Shown in pieces: positions 11,341 through 24,387 of a stretch of DNA of 64,000 nucleotides. Position numbers and translations under genes: made by a program. The notes beneath the pieces were generated by a model. It saw nothing but the letters and a program-made list of their open reading frames with translations. It was not told the origin of the DNA and did no database searches. Source of the DNA: Mobula hypostoma (lineage: Eukaryota); the NCBI RefSeq assembly GCF_963921235.1, contig NC_086109.1:10852001-10916000 (forward strand), read 5' to 3'. Every line of letters begins with the position of its first letter. Position 1 is the stretch's first letter.

Positions 11341-13067
11341 ACATAGAACGTAGAGAACCCACAGCACAATACAGGCCCTTCGGCCCTCCAAGTTCTGCCA
11401 AACACATCCCTACCTTAGAAGTTACTAGGGTTACCCATAGCCCTCTATTTTTCTAAGCTCCATGTACCTATCCAAAAGTCTCTTAAAAGACCCTTTCATA
11501 TCCGCCTGCACCACCGTTGCTGGCAGCCCATTCCACACACTCACCACTCGCTGCGTAAAATACTTACACCTGATATCTCCTCTGTACCTACTCCCAATCT
11601 TCCGTCCGTGGACTTACTTTACACCGCACACTGTCGGAGCAGTGCTGCCAGGATAATCAAGGACACGACCCACCCAGCCAACACACTTTTCGTCCCTCTT
11701 CCCTCCAGGAGAAGGCTCAGGAGCTTGAAGACTCGTATGGCCAGATTTGGGAACAGCTTCTTTCCAACTGTGATAAGACTGCTGAATGGATCCTGACCCA
11801 GATCTGGGCCGTACCCTCCAAATATCTGGACCTGACTCTCGGTTTTTTTGCACTACCTTACTTTCCATTTTTCTATTTTCTATTTATGATTTATAATTTA
11901 AAATTTTAATATTTACTAATTTTTACTATATTTAATATTTTTAATATTTAATATTTGTAATCCAGGGAGTGGGAAGCGCAGAATCAAATATCGCTGTGAT
12001 GATTGTACGTTCTAGTACCAATTGTTTGGCGACAATAAAGTATAAAGTATAAAAGCTGTGCTCTCTTGTGGCATCTATTTTAGCCCTGGGAAAAAGCCTC
12101 TGACTATCCACGTGATCAATGCCTCTCATCATCTTATACACCTCTATCAGGTCACCTCTCATCCTCCGTCGCTCCAAGGAGAAAAGGCCGAGTTCACTCA
12201 ACCTGCTTTCATAAGGCATGCTCCCCAATCCAGGCAACATCCTTGCAAATCTCCTCTGCACCCTTTCTATAGTTTCCACATCCTTCCTGTAGTGAGGCGA
12301 CCAGAACTGAGCACAGTACTCCAAGTAGGATCTGACTCCAAGTGGGTCCTATATAGCTGTAACTTTACCTCTCGGTTCCTAAATTCAATTCCACGATTGA
12401 TGAAGGCCAATACACCGTACGCTTTCCTAACCACAGAGTCAACCTGCGCAGCTGCTTTGAGTGTCCTATGGACTTGGACCCCAAGATCCCTCTGGTCCTC
12501 CACACTGCCAAGAGTCTTACCATTAATACTATATTCTGCCATCATATTTGACCTATCAAAATGAACCACTTCACATTTATCTGGGTTGAACTCCATCTGC
12601 CACTTCTCAGCCCAGTTTTGCATCCTATCAATGTCCCGCTGTAACCTCTGACAGCCCTCCACACTATCCACAACACCCCCAACCTTTGTGTCATCAGCAA
12701 ACTTATTAACCCATCCCTCCACTTCCTCATCCAGGTCATTTATAAAAATCACGAAGAGTAAGGGTCCCAGAACAGATCCCTGAGGCATACCACTGGTCAC
12801 CGGCCTCCATGCAGAATATAACCCGTTTACAACCACTCCTTGCCTTCTGTGGGCAAGCCAGTTCTGGATCCACAGAGCAATGTCCCCTTGGATCCCATGC
12901 CTCCTTACTTTCTCAATAAGCCTTGCATGGGGTACCTTATCAAATGCCTTGCTGAAATCCGTATTCACTACATCTACAGCTGTACCTTCATCAATGAGTT
13001 TAGTCACATCCTCAAAAAATTCAATCAGGCACGTAAGGCATGACCTGCCCTTGACAAAGTTGTCCAT
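11341..13067 (-). mobile_element. CR1 LINE, RT domain to 3' tail, frameshifted
   Basis: ORF 12267-13067 has DFSKAFDKVPH, PQGSVLGP and KFADDTK. It continues in ORF 11941-12324 and ends in a short-repeat tail at 11341. Confidence 0.95.
11598..12052 (+). mobile_element. Rex1/Babar LINE 3' end nested in CR1
   Basis: Reads AARIIKDTTHPANTLFVPLPSRRRLRSLKTRMARFGNSFFPTVIRLLN, then an AT-rich UTR and an (AAAGTAT)n tail. CR1 resumes on both sides. Confidence 0.88.
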
Positions 13068-15005
13068 GCTGATTTAGGAGTTCAATGGTTGTGGGGTAAT
13101 AACTGTTCTTGAACCTGGTGTGTGGACCTCCTTCCCGATGGCAGCAGCGAGAGGACAGCGTGGCCGTGGATGGTGGAGGTCCTTAATGGATGCTGCTTTC
13201 TTGTGGCAGTGCTCCTTGTAGATGTACTCAATGGCGGGGAGGGCTTTTCCTGTGATCAACTTATCTCACCTTTGAGTAAAAAAATTCTCCACATCCCATT
13301 ACTAAGGGGGTAAGTCTTTATCCAGAACCTTTTTCCTCTGGATTCTAGTCCCTTCAGCCTGAGTTAATAGCACCTCAGTGCCTACCACAGCCACTCAGAA
13401 CCCTCCAGTAACCATACTCCAATGTCCTATATCCATTTTTTTTCTTTTCTCTCTCCTTGATCCAGCTGACCCCATCACCTCCTCTCTTCCCTCTCCCACC
13501 CTCTCCATCTACCCATAGCCCACACACTCAACCCTCTGGTCCCCCTTCCCACCTCCCTCCCTTTATCCCATGCTCCACCTTCCTCTCCTATTAGATTTCA
13601 ACATCTCCAGCCCTTTGTCACTTCCACCTATCATCTCCTAGCTTCTGATGTCATTCCTCTCTTTCCCCATCCCTCAGCTGCCTGTCACCTCCCTTTTCAC
13701 GTGGAGCTACTTGTCACCTATCAGCTCTTGCTCCACTCATTCTCCCACCCCCAGCTTCTTTATAGTTGGCTTGCTTCCTCTTCTTTTAGTCTAGATGAAG
13801 AGTCTCAACCCAAAAAGTCGATTCTCCATTTCCTTCCACAGATGCTGCCTGACCTGCTGATTTCCTCCAGTGTTTTGTGTGTTGCCCCAGATTCCAGCAT
13901 CTGCACACTCTTATACCCATATAACAATCACAGCACGGAAACAGGCCATCTCGGCCCTTCTAGTCTGTGCCGAACTTTTACTCTCACTCTTGTGTCTCTC
14001 CTCAGAACCTTAGCTGTTTCTCCTTTCACTTTTCTAACTTCTAGTGAGTTTTTTGAAGTTTCAATGGACTTCTAAATGAAATTTTTAAAAATACTGCCGA
14101 TACTGAAACCTAAAATAAAACAACAAAAAAGCTGGAAACACTCAGCAGGTCAGGCAGCATCTGTGGAGAGAGAAACAGAATCAATATCTCAGATTAGAAA
14201 CCCTTCCTCGGGGCTGGCGAAGAGAGAGAAAACAAAGGTAATTTCAAGTTGCAGTGGAGACGATGGGGGTGTGGTGAACAGGACAGATGGAATATCTTCA
14301 ATAGAGTGAGAGCAAGTCAGGGATTTAATGAAGCTGTTTGGGGGTGAATATTCTTGTTTGTGTTCTGTGTTGCTAATAGCTGTACAATATGTCCACCAGG
14401 TCAGACTGTAACAATAGAGAGAAATAACCGGACCCAATATCACAGATAGATGGCATACAACAGAAAAAAATGAGAGAAAGTTGGAGAATTGAAATTCGAG
14501 CTCAGGAGGCTCCTGATGAGATGAGATTTTGTTCCTCAAGCTTGTGTTCAAAGTACATTTATGATCAGAGTACGTATACGGAATACAACTCTGAGATCCG
14601 TCTTCCCACGGACAGCCATGAAACAACGAAACACCATGGAACGAGTTCAAGGGAAAATCAAACACCCAACGTGCGAAAAAGAGATTACACAAACGGCGAA
14701 AAGCGTGCAAGCAACACGTAGACTGTCAAATGTCAAACCAGGAGCCAATAGTATTGTTGGGCCGCATCGTAACATTTAATGAAGCCACATGCAGGTCAGG
14801 GTGAGAGTGTGGGGGAGAATTAAAGTGACAGGCAGTTGGAAGCTCAGCAGGTCAGACAGCACCTTTGGAAACGAAAAAACAGTCAACGTTTCGAGCCGAG
14901 ACCCTTCTTCAAGACTTTTCAGGCACAGACCCTTCATCAGGTCTCTGCCAAAAACATCACCTATTTCCCTTCATCGATGCTGCCTGACCTGCTGAGTTCC
15001 TCCAG

Positions 15006-15010
<5 letters not shown>

Positions 15011-15040
<30 letters not shown>
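15011..15040. repeat. (TG)15 microsatellite
   Basis: Directly visible; expanded from the tgtgtg end of a Penelope-derived repeat. Confidence 0.95.
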
Positions 15041-15043
<3 letters not shown>

Positions 15044-16027
15044 TGCTCAAGATTTTCAGCATCTGCAGAATCTGTTGAGTCTATAGGAAGGTCAGGGTTA
15101 TTTCTACACTTGGAATGCAAAGTGACGACCCGATCTACGGCTTAGATGAGACTACATTGCGAACACCGAACGTGGTAAGTGGCGGTGAATGGTCGGTTAG
15201 TTCGGACAGCCTACAGGGAGATTCTGTCAAGCCTCAAGTTAAAGGCTTAGTGGAAGTCAGAGGCCTGATGTCTGCAGGTCCACTGGAGGCCCGGAGGCAG
15301 CCTGTCCTGGGGTTGGAGTGTGAATGAGTGGGAGGTAAAGGGTGTATGTGCAGTTGTTCTAATGTTGTTTAAAGTTCAAAGTAAACTTATTATCAAAGTA
15401 TTATCTGAGATTCGTTTTCTTGCGGTCATACACAGTAAACCTATGAAAAGGAATATGAAAGACCGCACCCAGCAGGGTGGACAGACAACCAGTGTACAAA
15501 GACAACTAACTGTGCAAATATAAAAGAAAAGAAATAATACTAATAAATAAATACGCAATAAATATTGAGGACCTGAAATGAAGAGTCCTTGAAAGTGAGT
15601 CCATAGTTTGTGAGAACAGTTCAGTGATGGGGTGAGTGAAGTAACCCCTCTGGTTCAAGACCCTGGTGGGTAAGGGGTAATAACAGTTCCCGAACCTGGT
15701 GGTGTGGGTCCTGAGGCTCCTGTACCTTCTTTCTGACAGCAGCAGTGAGAAGAGAGCATGGCCTTGGGTGGTGGGTGTCCTTGATGATGGATGCTGCTTT
15801 CTTTCAACAGCGCTCCATGCAGATGTGCTCGATGGTGGGGAGGACTTTACCGTTGGCAGACTGGACTATATCTGCAACTTTTTGTAGGAGTTCTGTTGTT
15901 GCTTGTGTTGATCTGCTGAACGTTGTGGGCGTGCAATGTTGGCACTGGAATGAGTGACAACACCTCCGGGCTGTCCCCAGCACGTCCCTGCGTGTGTTGA
16001 TTGTTAACACAAAATGACACATTTCAT

Positions 16028-16550
16028 CTCTAGGAAGAGGTACAGTCGACGTTTCGGGCCGAGACCCTTCGTCAGGACTCACTGAAAGAAGAGCTAGTAA
16101 GAGATTTGAAAGTGGAAGGGGGAGGGGGAGATCCAAAATGATAGGAGAAGACAGGAGGGGGAGGAATGGAGCCAAGAGCTGGACAGTTGATTGGCAAAAG
16201 GGATATGAGAGGATCATGGGACAGGAGGCCCGGGGAGAAGGAAAAGGGGGAGGGGGGTGGGGGGAAACCCAGAGGATGGGCAAGGGGTATAGTGAGAGGG
16301 ACAGAGGGAGAAAAAGGAGAGAGAGAGAAAGAATGTGTGTATATAAATAAATAACGGATGGGGTACAAGGGGGAGGTGGGGCATTAGTGGAAGTTAGAGA
16401 AGTCAATGTTCATGCCATCAGGTTGGAGGCTACCCAGACGGAATATAAGGTGTTGTTCCTCCAACCTGAGTATTGGCCTGCTACGTTCACCAGCAACTTT
16501 GATGTGTGTTGCTTGAATTTCCAGCATCTGCAGAATTCCTCGTGTTTGCG
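16028..16550. mobile_element. Penelope-like element fragment with inverted 5' part
   Basis: The minus part encodes LRLEEQHLIFRLGSLQPDGMNIDFSNF, followed by a plus-orientation terminus. 13-bp TSD tgacacatttcat at 16015-27 and 16551-63. Confidence 0.9.
16044..16079 (-). ncRNA. Minimal type I hammerhead ribozyme motif (Penelope-associated)
   Basis: The minus strand reads AGTC-CTGACGA-A-GGG-TCTCGG-CCC-GAAA-CG-TC-GACT: stem I AGTC/GACT, intact core boxes, stem II and palindromic ACGT. Confidence 0.7.
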
Positions 16551-16635
16551 TGACACATTTCATTGTGTGTTTCGATGTACAAGTGAGAAACAAATCTGAA
16601 TTTGAATCTGAAAATAGCTTTCTTTTTTCTTTCAG

Positions 16636-16918
16636 AGATTCCATCGCTGACTTCTTGACCGTCCTGAAGCGAGGGGAGGTTAATGCCCTTTTCACCGAAA
16701 CCATGGTCTGTGTTCGTCAGCAGTTTGGCGATGGGTGTTCCTGGATCATGCCTGCCTGAACATGGAGCTGTTCTGTGCCATGCCCACAGTGCCAAGAACT
16801 CTCCACTTCTGTGGTGTTCGAGACGGCGAAAGTTGTAGGACATTTGTAAAGTGGGACGAGGCAAGTTTGATTCTGCACTTTGTCTCCTCCAGCACGATCT
16901 AGACACCTGGTGGTTGTG
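16636..16918 (+). other. SLC45A3: Probable 5'UTR portion of the first coding exon
   Basis: Strong acceptor cttttcttttttctttcAG at 16634-35, followed by non-repetitive, more GC-rich sequence up to the ATG. An alternative acceptor lies at 16891-92. Confidence 0.6.
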
Positions 16919-17087
16919 ATGGAGAAGCCCCAGCCCAATTTCTTTTTCCACAGGAAGAGGTCCCAGCTGTTGCTGCTGAACTCGCTGACGTGTGGCCTGG
17001 AGATCTGTGTGGCAGCTGGAATCACCTTTGTCCCCCCTCTGCTCCTCGAGGCTGGAGTCCAGGAGAAGTATATGACCATGGTCTTGG
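16919..17087 (+). CDS. SLC45A3: SLC45A3 (prostein) first coding exon
   Basis: ATG at 16919 (gtgATGG) encodes MEKPQPNFFFHRKRSQLLLLNSLTCGLEICVAAGITFVPPLLLEAGVQEKYMTMVLG, matching the SLC45A3 N-terminus. Phase-1 donor G|GTGAGT at 17087/17088. Confidence 0.95.
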
Positions 17088-18231
17088 GTGAGTTGAGTAT
17101 TACCACAATACTTTGAAGCATGTAAACTCTGGTAAGACCACACTTAGAGTGCTGTGTGTAGTTCTGGTTGCCTTGTTATAGGATGTGAGTGCTTTAGAGA
17201 GAGTGTGGAGGTTTGCTATAGGACCTGCTCACTTTGATTTCCAGCTGCGTGGTGTTTCCTTAATGATGTCCCCGCCCTGCCATTCTTGCAGTCCCTCTTT
17301 GGTTCTGCCCGTCCAGCCACACAGCACACCCTGGTCATAGTCCCGCCATCCGTATTGCTCTTGTGCCAGCCGTGCAACGCTCTCAGTAAGCCCAGACAAA
17401 GGATCTTGATCCAAAACGTTCCCTGTCCATTTTCCTCTGTGGATGCTGCCTGGCCCTCTGAGTTGCGCCAGCGTTTTGTGTGTTGCTCCGCGTTCCAGTG
17501 TCCCGATGAAGCAGTCCTGATTAAGGGTCTCGTCTTGAAACGTCGACTGTTTATTCCCCTGCAAAGTTGCTGCCTGACCTGCTGAGTTCCTCCAGCGTTT
17601 TGTGTGCGACTCTGAATTCTAGTTTCCGCCATCTGTCGTGTTCCCAATGCACCACAGAGGCTTCACGGAGAACATTCCTGTGCCAAATTCTGTAACAGGC
17701 TTTTCAATTGGTCCCAGTGCCCTGCACAACTTTTCCCTAACAAGTAGAGTATTTTGAAAAAATGTAAACTGTTGCTGCTGGTCACTGAGCACTGTGAGTG
17801 TCAGATTGGCAAGAGTCTGCAGACCGTTGGTTAATACAGCTAGGAATTTTCTGCTCCTGTCCAGAAGCACAAAGTGACGACTTTTCCTCAGAAAAGTCCT
17901 TTTGCTCATCCCTTTCCATTTCTTAATAAAATAAAGATTAGCTTTATCTGTCACATGTACTGTACACCGGAACATAGAGTGAAATGCATCATTTGCTTCA
18001 ACGGTGACCACAATCCACATATGTGCCAGGGGCGTGGCTGTGCTTCTGCCACCAACATAACTTGCCCACTACTCATTAACCCTACACTGTATGTCTTTAG
18101 AAGTTGGGAGGAAACTGGAGCACCCGGAGGAAACCCATACGGTTACAAGGAGAACGTACAGTATCAACTCTTTACAGACAGTGGCCGGAATTGAACCTGG
18201 ATCACTGGAGGTGTTAAATGCTCTGCTAACC

Positions 18232-18312
18232 CAGGGCTCCCAACCTATGGTCCACAGACCCCTTGCTTAATGGTATTGGTCCATAGCATAAAAAGGATTA
18301 GGAAGCCCCCTG
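18232..18312. mobile_element. 81-bp hAT MITE
   Basis: CAGGG...CCCTG ends and a perfect 8-bp TSD tgctaacc (18224-31, 18313-20). Related copies at 18847-18925 (reverse) and 38783-38863. Confidence 0.88.
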
Positions 18313-20722
18313 TGCTAACCACTATGCTAACTTTGAACACGTAACTCCTAACTTTGTGTTGTAATGTTTCCCCATTGGCTGAATGATTTTTACAGCTTTC
18401 ACACTTGGATTGCTCTTGACACCTTATGAAAAAGGTGCTGCCTGTCCACTCTGTCTATACCTCTTAAAATCTTACACACCTCTATCAAGTTGCCTCTCAT
18501 CCTCTGTCACTCTGAAGAGCAAAGCCCTGGCTCTCTCCACCTTTCCTCTTAAGTCATGCTCTCTAATCCAGGCAGGATCCTGGTAAGTCTCCTCTGCACT
18601 CTCTCTAAAGCTTCTACATCCATCCTATAATGAGGCGACCAGTACTGAACACAATAGTGTAATCTAACCAGGGTGCTGTAGAGACGCAGCATTATGTTGT
18701 GGCTCTTGAACTCAACCCCCCAACTAATGAAGGCCAGCACTCTGTATGCCTTCTTAATAACCCTATCAACTGGCAGGGTAGCTTTGAGAGATTTATAGAT
18801 GTGGACCTCAAGATCTGTCTGTTTCTTTTTTGGCCTTTCTCTGGAGCAGAGGTTCCCAATTTTTTTTATGCCCTGGGCTGCTACCATTAACCGAGGGGTC
18901 CAAAGACCCCAGGTGGATAATCCTACTCTAAAGAGAGCTTCTACTAGTTATTTCAAGAGCCAGTTTCTGTTGAAAGAGAGTTTGTTTGTTGCTAGTTAAC
19001 GCAAGCCTGTCCCAGTTTTCTAGTGAGTTATTGGATATCCTTCCCCAAAGTACGATCAGATTGGTCCAGCATCCACATGTGAGAGTAAATTTCCAATTCT
19101 CCATTCATTTGGAGCGGTGGTCAGGTTCCGGGGGGAGTGGGATAGCAGTGCAAATTTGACCCAGCAAAATTGCCACAGCCCAAATGGGAATTGTAATGTT
19201 CTGAGGTTGCTTTATTCACTGCGTTCACAAAATGAGCGCGAGTGTTTGAATTCCATTTCTTGAATCTTCCCAGGGATCTGCCTATCACTGATTTTGAGCA
19301 GCCCACACAAAATCTCAGCAGGTCAGGCAGCATCTATGGAAGGGAATAAAGGGTTGACATTTCAGGCCGAGGCCCTTCATACTCCCATTCACACCCCCCC
19401 CCCCCCCCCGGTTTGTTCAATCATCTCCTGTTCCTCCTACCTTCATATTCTGACTTCTTCTGCCTTCCTTTCCAGGCCTGACGAAGGGTCTCAGCTCAAA
19501 ACATCAACTGTTTACATACCTGACATGTTGAGCTCTGCCATCATTTTGCGGGTGTTTTTGCTACTGCTGCCATTGGCCTCAAGGCTTTCACAAGCCTAGA
19601 AGTTTGGTCACAAGCCATGTGGTCTCATCATAATTGGAGGATGGCTTTCTTCATACATTAGTTGACATTTTCTAGGATATTAATCTGGGCTCCAATCTGA
19701 ACTGACTGGGGCAGACTTTGAAATAAAATACAGACCTAGAAAGCCCCCTGGACCGAGTGCAAAGGAAATTCACCGGCATGTTGTCTAGATGGGAGAACTT
19801 AAATTATGAGGAGAGAAGGAGGCTGAGAGGTGACATGAGGGGTGGTGCATAAGATTATGCGAGGCAGAATCTTTTTTTCATGGCAGGGGTACCAGAAACA
19901 AGGGAACAAAATGGGCGAAGGCATTATAAAGGGGATCAGAGGTGTACGTTTGTTTAACACAGATTATGGTTGATATCTGGAATATTCTACCAGAGGAGAT
20001 GGTGAAATCAAAAATAATTACTGTACACGAGGCACTTAGTCACACACTTACATAGGCAAAGTGTCTTTTACAATGGTGCTTGTCCAACAGTGACAGGAAA
20101 CCTGTGCAGGAGACTTTTTAAAGTGGAAAAGCCACTACACTGGGGCAGTTCCACTCTCTCGATCGCAGAATTCCGGGTCCAGTGGTATGAACATGTGTCA
20201 CAAACTGGGGTGTCTTCCTTGGTTTCTTCCCGTCTTCTATATACAGTGCTCGGGCTGATGAAGGGCAGTGTGCCAGAATCCTCATGCAACACCCAGTCTA
20301 CCACTGCCTAGGGACCATGTACTTTCTCTGCACTACAACACCCCCCACCAGTCCTACCCAGAACCAGAATCAGGCTCACATCGTTGACATGTGTCGTGAA
20401 GTTTGTTGCTTTCTGACAGCAGTACAATGCAATCAATAAGGAAAAAAAAGTTAGTGTTACAATAAGAAATGTATAAAAAATAAATGAATAGTGCAGAAAA
20501 GGGGCTGAATGGTGAGGTGGTGTTCATGAACCATTCAGAAATCATTCAGAGGAAGAAGGTGCTCCTAAAGTGTTTAGTCTTCAAGCTCCTGTATGTCCTC
20601 CTTAGTGGTAAAAGAGTGAAGATTTGTTTTATTTGTCATGTGTAAATCTAAATATGCAGTGAAATGTGTTGTTTGGGTCAAATCAGATCAGTGAGGATTA
20701 CGCTACGCTTCCACAGCAATAT

Positions 20723-21117
20723 AGTCATAGTCATAGTCATACTTTATTGGTCCCAGGGGGAAATTGGTTTTCATTACAGTTGCACCATAAATAATTAAAT
20801 AGTAATAAAACCATAAATAGTTAAATAGTAATATGTAAATTATGCCAGTAAATCATGAAATGTCCAGGACCAGCGTATCGGCTCAGGGTGTCTGACCCTC
20901 CAAGGGAGGAGTTGTAAAGTTTGATGGCCACAGGCAGGAATGACTTCCTATGATGCTCTGTGCTGCATCTGGGTGGAATGAGTCTCTGGCTGAATGTACT
21001 CCTGTGCTCACCCAGTACATTATGTAGTGGATGGGAGACATTGACCAAGATGGCATGCAACTTAGACAGCATCCTCTTTTCCAACACCACCGTCAGAGAG
21101 TCCAGTTCCATCCCCAC
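20723..21117 (-). mobile_element. Rex1/Babar LINE 3' end
   Basis: ORF 20821-21117 (SHPLH...RKSFLPVAIKLYN) and a (TATGAC)n tail. Confidence 0.85.
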
Positions 21118-21377
21118 AGCTCATTAACCCTCACCCGAATGTGGGTTGAAACCAAAGTACCCAGAGGAAGCTCATGCGGTCACATGGAGAAGGTACAAAC
21201 TCCCCATAGACGGTGGCGGGAATTGAACCTCAATTGGTGGAAGCTGACGTTGTAAAGCAATGCGCTAACCACTGTGGTACTGTCCCGCCAATGAGAAATG
21301 AGTCCCAGTAGTGCGGTCCTTAATGATGGTACATTTCCTTTGGGCATATTTTAATTGCTGGTGCCATCTCTCCACAG

Positions 21378-22196
21378 GAATTGGGCCAGTCCTCGGACTG
21401 ATATTTGTCCCGATGATTGGGTCAGCCAGCGACCACTGGACGAGTAGGTATGGCCGCCGACGCCCTTTCATTTGGGGTCTCTGCCTCGGTGTCCTTCTCA
21501 GTCTCTTCATCATCCCGCACGCCGGCCGCCTGGCCACTGCTTTCAGCCTGAAAGACTATCCGGTGGATGTCATCTTCCTCATCGTTGGCATCTGCATGTT
21601 GGACTTTTGTGGCCAAGTCTGCTTCACCCCGCTGGAGGCCCTGCTTTCTGACTTGTTCCACGACACCGAGGAATGTAGGCAGGCCTTCTCCATGTATTCC
21701 TTCATGATCAGCCTGGGAGGTTGTATTGGTTACTTCCTGACAGCAATAGACTGGAGAAGGACCTCCCTCTCCGCCTACCTGGGTGGACACGAGGACTGCC
21801 TCTTCACGCTTCTGGCTGCCATATTTGTCGTGTGCATTTTTGCCACTTTCTTTGTCTCCGAAGAGAGCTCCAAAAATGCGGACGTGCTGGTGGACATCTC
21901 AACAAAGGAAGCCAAGAAGCCTTTGTCGAGGCACTGTGGCTGCACCATGAGTACTGTGTGGCGTGTAAGGCACTCCCTCCTTGTACTGAAGAACTGTTGC
22001 ACTTTGATCCCCAAACTGTACCACTTGTACTGCCGCATTCCCAAGGTGACCCGCCAGCTGGTGGTGGCTGAGTTCTACAGCTGGATGGCCCTCATGACCT
22101 TCATGATGTTCTACACGGACTTTGTGGGGGAAGGACTCTACCATGGCATCCCGAATGCCCGCCCGGGCAGTGAAGCCAGACTGCGCTATGATGAAG
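21378..22196 (+). CDS. SLC45A3: SLC45A3 second coding exon (819 nt)
   Basis: Acceptor ctctccacAG at 21376-77. Encodes IGPVLGLIFVPMIGSASDHWTSRYGRRRPFIW (SLC45/sucrose-transporter RxGRR signature) through FYTDFVGEGLY...RYDEG. Phase-1 donor GTAGG at 22197. Confidence 0.97.
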
Positions 22197-22242
22197 GTAG
22201 GTGATTTGCACGGCACTCGCCGTTCGAATTTGGCGGCGCATG

Positions 22243-22768
22243 CACTCAGTGGCCACTCTATGAGGTACGCCTCCGCACCTGCTCGTCAACGCAAGTATCT
22301 AAGCGGCCAGTCACGTGACAGCAACTCGGTGAGTAAAAGCATGCAGACACGGTCAAGAGGCTCAGTTGCTGTTCAGCCCAAACATCAGAACGGGGAAAGA
22401 AATGTGACCTCAGTGACTCTGACCGTGGAATGATTCTTGGTGCCAGACAGAGTGGTTTGAGTATCTCAGAAACTGTGGATCTCCTGGGATTTTTATGCAA
22501 AGCCATCTCTAGTTTTACAGAGGATGGTGCAAAAATCAAAAAAAAAACATCCAGTGGGTGGCAGTTCTGTGCATATACCTTGGGCACGCCTTGTTCGCGT
22601 GAGAGGTCAGAGGGGAATGGCCAGACTGGTGCAAGCTGTCAGGAAGGCAACCATAACTCAGATAACCAAACGTTAGAACAGTGGTGTACACAACACATCA
22701 AACCTTGAAGAGGATGGGCTGCAACAGCAGAAGGCCACAAACATACAAAAATATTGTCAGTGGCCACG
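22243..22768 (+). mobile_element. Non-autonomous Tc1-like element in an SLC45A3 intron
   Basis: Starts cactcagtggccac and carries a transposase N-terminal HTH remnant (GMILGARQSGLSISETVDLLGF). Same family as 55039-55500. Confidence 0.85.
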
Positions 22769-23110
22769 GTGTGTAGATTCAGATTTATTTATTGCACACA
22801 CATCGAAACGTACAGTGACATCTGTCATTTGCATTAACAACCAACACACCCGAGGATGTGCTGGGGGCTGCCGGCAGGTGTTGCTACACATTCCAGAGCA
22901 CGCCCACGATGCTCAGCAGAACAACGCAGAACACAACAAACAGACCGTACTAAACAACAACCGCAAAACAAGCCCTGTTTCTCCCTTCCCATCTGCGTCC
23001 ACAGTCCTCTAACCCCAGGGCAGACCACCTTCAACCTCCTGCTTCCAGCGGACACATGGATTTGAAGATACTGGACCCCAACAGAGATAAGATAGATAGG
23101 AGACAAATTT

Positions 23111-23941
23111 TGAAGTGCTACACATGCCCTCACACTTCCTCCCTCACCACCATTCAGGGCCCCAGACAGTCGTTCCAGGTGAGGCGACACTTCACCTGTG
23201 AGTCGGCTGGGGTGATATACTGCGTCCGGTGCTCCCGATGCGGCCTTCTATATATTGGCGAGACCTGATGCAGGCTGGAAGACCATTTCGCTGAACACCT
23301 ACGCTGTGTCCGCCAGAGAAATCAGGATCTCCCAGTGGCCACACATTTTAATTCCACGTCCCATTCCCATTCTGATATGTCTATCCACGGCCTCCTCTAC
23401 TGTAAAGATGCAGCCACACTCAGGTTGGAGGAGCAACACCTTATATTCCGTCTGGGTAGCCTCCAACCTGATAGCGTGAACATTAACTTCTCAAACTTCC
23501 ACTAATGTCCCACCTCCCCCTTGTACCCCATCCGTTATTTATTTATATACACACATTCTTTTTCTCTCTCTCCTTTTTCTCCCTCTGGCCCTCTCACTAT
23601 ACCCCTTGCCCATCCTAAGGGCTTTTTCCCCCCCTCCTCCTATTCTTTCTCCCTAGCCCTCCTGTCCCATGATCCTCTCATATCCCTTTTGCCAACCAAC
23701 TTTCCAGCTCTTGGCTCCATCCCTCCCCCCCCTGTCTTCTCCTATCATTTCAGATCTCCCCCTCCCCCTCCCACTTCCAAATCTCTTACTAGCTCTTCTT
23801 TCAGTTAGTCCTGACGAAGGGTCTCGGCCCAAAACGTCGACTATACCTCTTCCTAGAGATGCTGCCTGGCCTGATACGTTCGCCAGCAACTTTTATGTGT
23901 GTTGCTTGATATTCCAGCATCTGCAGATTTCTTCGTGTTTG
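23111..23941 (+). mobile_element. Penelope-like element, GIY-YIG endonuclease end plus terminal repeat
   Basis: 23113-23505 reads KCYTC...FTCESAGVIYCVRCSRCGLLYIGET*...EQHLIFRLGSLQP with one stop. Hammerhead-like motif at 23807-42 with GAAA changed to AAAA. Flanked by acaaatttt. Confidence 0.92.
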
Positions 23942-24387
23942 CAACAAATTTTAAAAGCCCACATTCCCCTCCCACCTTCCCACCAAAAACCTACCATCAA
24001 ACCACACCACTCGCAGGCAGAGCCAGACTCTCAATAGTCAGCAGGTGTGCAAAGGTCCGATTTCGAACAATTCCACCATGCCTACTAACAACCTCGAATC
24101 AAGTTTGTAGCATCAGGACAGAACGTACCTTCCTGTCAGGCGGTTCGGTGTCGACCCAATGCCAGTGTGGGAGATGGTGGACTACCTGAAGGTGTTGCCC
24201 TCTCCCTGACCCTGTCACCTCTTGTCAAGGGTTGGGCTTCATGATAGAATGCTCAGTAACAGCAGAGCAGGTTACACCAGATCCACTGCGGATATCGAGA
24301 TTATGGCCCGGTGTGTTGCACTAGAGACACCTCAAACGTTAATGCTCAATCGCTCAAACTTGGTGCCGCTACAAGTAACTAGTTTTG

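Noticed and set aside
16880..16918. N-terminal extension of SLC45A3 from TTG
   Set aside because: This is a prokaryotic-style start call; the ATG at 16919 gives the expected N-terminal length.
17669..17684. Androgen response element AGAACA-ttcc-TGTGCC
   Set aside because: The spacer is 4 nt rather than 3, and the second half-site is poor.
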